A stretch of 64,000 nt of DNA from a virus. Location of the stretch: the IMG/VR virus record IMGVR_UViG_3300029267_003703, positions 1 through 64,000 of that record. One strand, 5' to 3'. The first letter of the stretch is position 1, and the number at the start of each line of letters is the position of its first letter. Made by a program: the position numbers and the translations under genes. Positions 62,287-64,000 of the stretch are shown here, piece after piece. Under the pieces are notes generated by a model. The model made no database searches and was not told where the DNA came from. It worked only from the letters and a program-made list of their open reading frames with translations.

Positions 62287-63429
62287 CTACCGCTGTTGCC
62301 CGTACTCCCTGGTGGAGTTACTCGGGGTGCGCGTGACTTGTTTCGGGCCCAGGATGGCGACTTGGTCGGCCATGGGGGTCGGTCCGAGCAGCGTCGGGAG
62401 ATCGAACGGCTGGAGCATGAACTCGGCCTGCTCCTCCGTCAGCCCTTCTGGCAGTTCGATGGGGTGGGGCTCGCTGTAGTCGACGAGCTGGAACGTCTTG
62501 GTAGACTTGCGCCCCGGGGTCTGCGTCTCGACCATGGCGAAGTGCAGGTCCACGTCGAAGATGGATGCGGGCTGCGCGTCATCGCAGTTCTCGCACGCGT
62601 AGTACTTCTTCGGCAGTGTCGTCTGCTCGCAGTGTGGGCACAGGTACATCTCGTTGGCCTGCTTGTCGAGCGCTTCGATCTCCTCAGCGTCGAGCTGCGT
62701 CTTGCCGCGCTCGTAGAAGGGGTACTCGCACTCGGGGTTGCCACACACGACCGCTTCCCAGTGGATGCTGTTCTTCGTGCCGCAGTTCTTGCAGCTGTAG
62801 AAGATGGCCTTGGCAGTGTCGAGGATGATGCCGCGGTACGTGGAGCCGAAGTCCCAGCGCATCTTGCGGCAGGGAAGGGTCTCGGCTTGCGGATCGCGAC
62901 GAGAGCGCTGCCACGCCATGAACGCCGAGCCGTCGTTGCGTGTCTTGACTTGGCCGGTGCTCTTGTCGAGCTGCGGAAGCAGCTGATACTCGTGGTAGTG
63001 GATGAGCGAAACGGAGTGCTGCTGCCTGCGTCCGAGGTAGCCCTCCTTCCAGCGGCCCCGCTCGTCCTTCGTGCGTGCAGCCAGGTACAGGTCGCAGCCG
63101 TGGCAGGGCTCTGCACGATTCGAGTCGAAGAAGTACAGTCCACCGCTGCACGACGTGGACTTGTAGGTGCGTGTGTCGCGGTGCTCACGCCAGGTGAAGA
63201 ACGGCCAGTCTCCGACGACGACCTGGTCGTTGAGCAGCAGCTCTTGTCGGTACATCTGCGGCAGCAGGCGCACGATGTCCGGGGCGCGGCGGGTGCCGCT
63301 GGGGTAGTACGCGTCGTCCATCAGATGATACCCGAGCCGTCCTCCAGCTCCCCTCTGCCCCGTCTGGGCCATGAGGGCCATCATCTGCGTTACGTCGCCT
63401 TGTACGATGACAGGATCTTGTTCAGCCAT
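62287..63429 (-). CDS. Putative single-stranded DNA-binding protein with multiple Zn fingers
   Basis: Between primase and polA; H...TSC..C..C plus several CxxC pairs; D.FDVD..F; SD AAGGAG. Function inferred. Confidence 0.55.
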   Translation of the reverse strand: MAEQDPVIVQGDVTQMMALMAQTGQRGAGGRLGYHLMDDAYYPSGTRRAPDIVRLLPQMYRQELLLNDQVVVGDWPFFTWREHRDTRTYKSTSCSGGLYFFDSNRAEPCHGCDLYLAARTKDERGRWKEGYLGRRQQHSVSLIHYHEYQLLPQLDKSTGQVKTRNDGSAFMAWQRSRRDPQAETLPCRKMRWDFGSTYRGIILDTAKAIFYSCKNCGTKNSIHWEAVVCGNPECEYPFYERGKTQLDAEEIEALDKQANEMYLCPHCEQTTLPKKYYACENCDDAQPASIFDVDLHFAMVETQTPGRKSTKTFQLVDYSEPHPIELPEGLTEEQAEFMLQPFDLPTLLGPTPMADQVAILGPKQVTRTPSNSTREYGQQR

Positions 63430-64000
63430 TGCTTGTCACTCCTTGTTCTTGTGGCCCACAACTCAAAAGGCTCTGCGGATTGCACCGCGCCTACGACTTC
63501 ATCTGGGGGCATGTGGTCGGGCTGTTTCCCGTACGGCACGTCTGCCACCCGAACCGGGAAGGAACGGGACAGCTTTCGTCCGGCGATCAGGGTACCACTG
63601 AACCCCGCCTTGTCGCCATCAAACATCAGCACGACTCTTCTTCCCAGGCGGGACAGAATAGTGCACTGTTCATCGGTCAAACCAGAGCCGATAGTAGCGA
63701 CAACCTCGTGGATTCCTGCTTGGTGAACCCACATGCAGGCTTTGAATCCTTCGACTACTACCAGTGGCCCGTCGTTGAAAGTAAGAAGAGGGATGACCTG
63801 GTGCAGGTTCCAAAGAAGGACCTTGCGTTCGGTGCCGACCGTCGGCATGCCCCAGATCTTGTACTCTTCCTTGTAGATCTTGTACCGGCCGCCTTCTTCT
63901 CCTTCTGTTCTTCTTCCGCTGACACCCACCAGACGGCCGTGGATGTCACGCAGGGGGTAGGTAACGCGCATGTGTGTCTTGTCGAAGCCGACGTCGAAGT
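63390..64000 (-). CDS. dnaG: DNA primase (DnaG-type TOPRIM), N-terminus outside the window
   Basis: RVTYPLRD..G.LVG.SGR, VVVEGF..C, VATIGS, MFDGDKAG, KQPD. Confidence 0.9.
   Translation of the reverse strand, partial: FDVGFDKTHMRVTYPLRDIHGRLVGVSGRRTEGEEGGRYKIYKEEYKIWGMPTVGTERKVLLWNLHQVIPLLTFNDGPLVVVEGFKACMWVHQAGIHEVVATIGSGLTDEQCTILSRLGRRVVLMFDGDKAGFSGTLIAGRKLSRSFPVRVADVPYGKQPDHMPPDEVVGAVQSAEPFELWATRTRSDKQWLNKILSSYKAT

Noticed and set aside
60142-63726. 1194-aa plus-strand ORF and other long antisense ORFs (e.g. 34550..37762, 26314..28482, 13985..15919)
   Set aside because: Shadow frames of high-GC genes on the opposite strand; no motifs or ribosome-binding sites.
1-64000. Genome-wide TAG reassignment (alternative genetic code)
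   Set aside because: ORFs over 1000 aa contain no internal TAG, and many genes end at TAG followed by SD/ATG or a second stop (6324, 17065, 20611, 33418, 48440).
58014-64000. Inteins or introns in polA, recA or primase
   Set aside because: Lengths and motif spacing are normal; no intein terminal motifs or frame breaks.

Overview
A GC-rich, densely coding 64-kb segment of a large tailed phage, probably a contractile-tailed (myovirus-type) and possibly jumbo phage; no bacterial housekeeping context, tRNA, rRNA or CRISPR array is visible. Plus strand, in order: the end of a helical (tape-measure-like) gene, a free-standing HNH endonuclease, tail/baseplate genes, a cluster of basic proteins sharing an 'ELL[EK]I / K-x-A' signature, a phage sigma-70-family factor and a DUF932-like protein. 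These are followed by a nucleotide-metabolism and accessory block (5'-nucleotidase, dNMP kinase, YkgJ-like, RNase HII, HicA-like, GIY-YIG) closed by an intrinsic terminator, a ~23-kb baseplate/fibre module, a lysis cassette and a mixed-orientation block (DEDDh exonuclease, Zn-peptidase, dCMP deaminase). From 54.6 kb a minus-strand replication/recombination operon runs to the window edge (primase, SSB-like, PolA, RecA-like, Hjc-like, Cas4-like, RusA). Most interesting observations: (i) a shared targeting/cleavage-like peptide signature on at least six unrelated proteins, including a cassette-like polyprotein and a metallopeptidase, with the K-x-A part also on the sigma factor; (ii) an 844-codon fibre/beta-propeller frame broken only by two in-frame ambers in the identical context GTC-TAG-G; (iii) a GG-less ubiquitin-like protein among structural genes; (iv) a candidate non-canonical endolysin; (v) recurrent leaderless sigma70-type promoters, including an overlapping divergent pair. 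All function calls come from visual motif recognition; no database searches were run.
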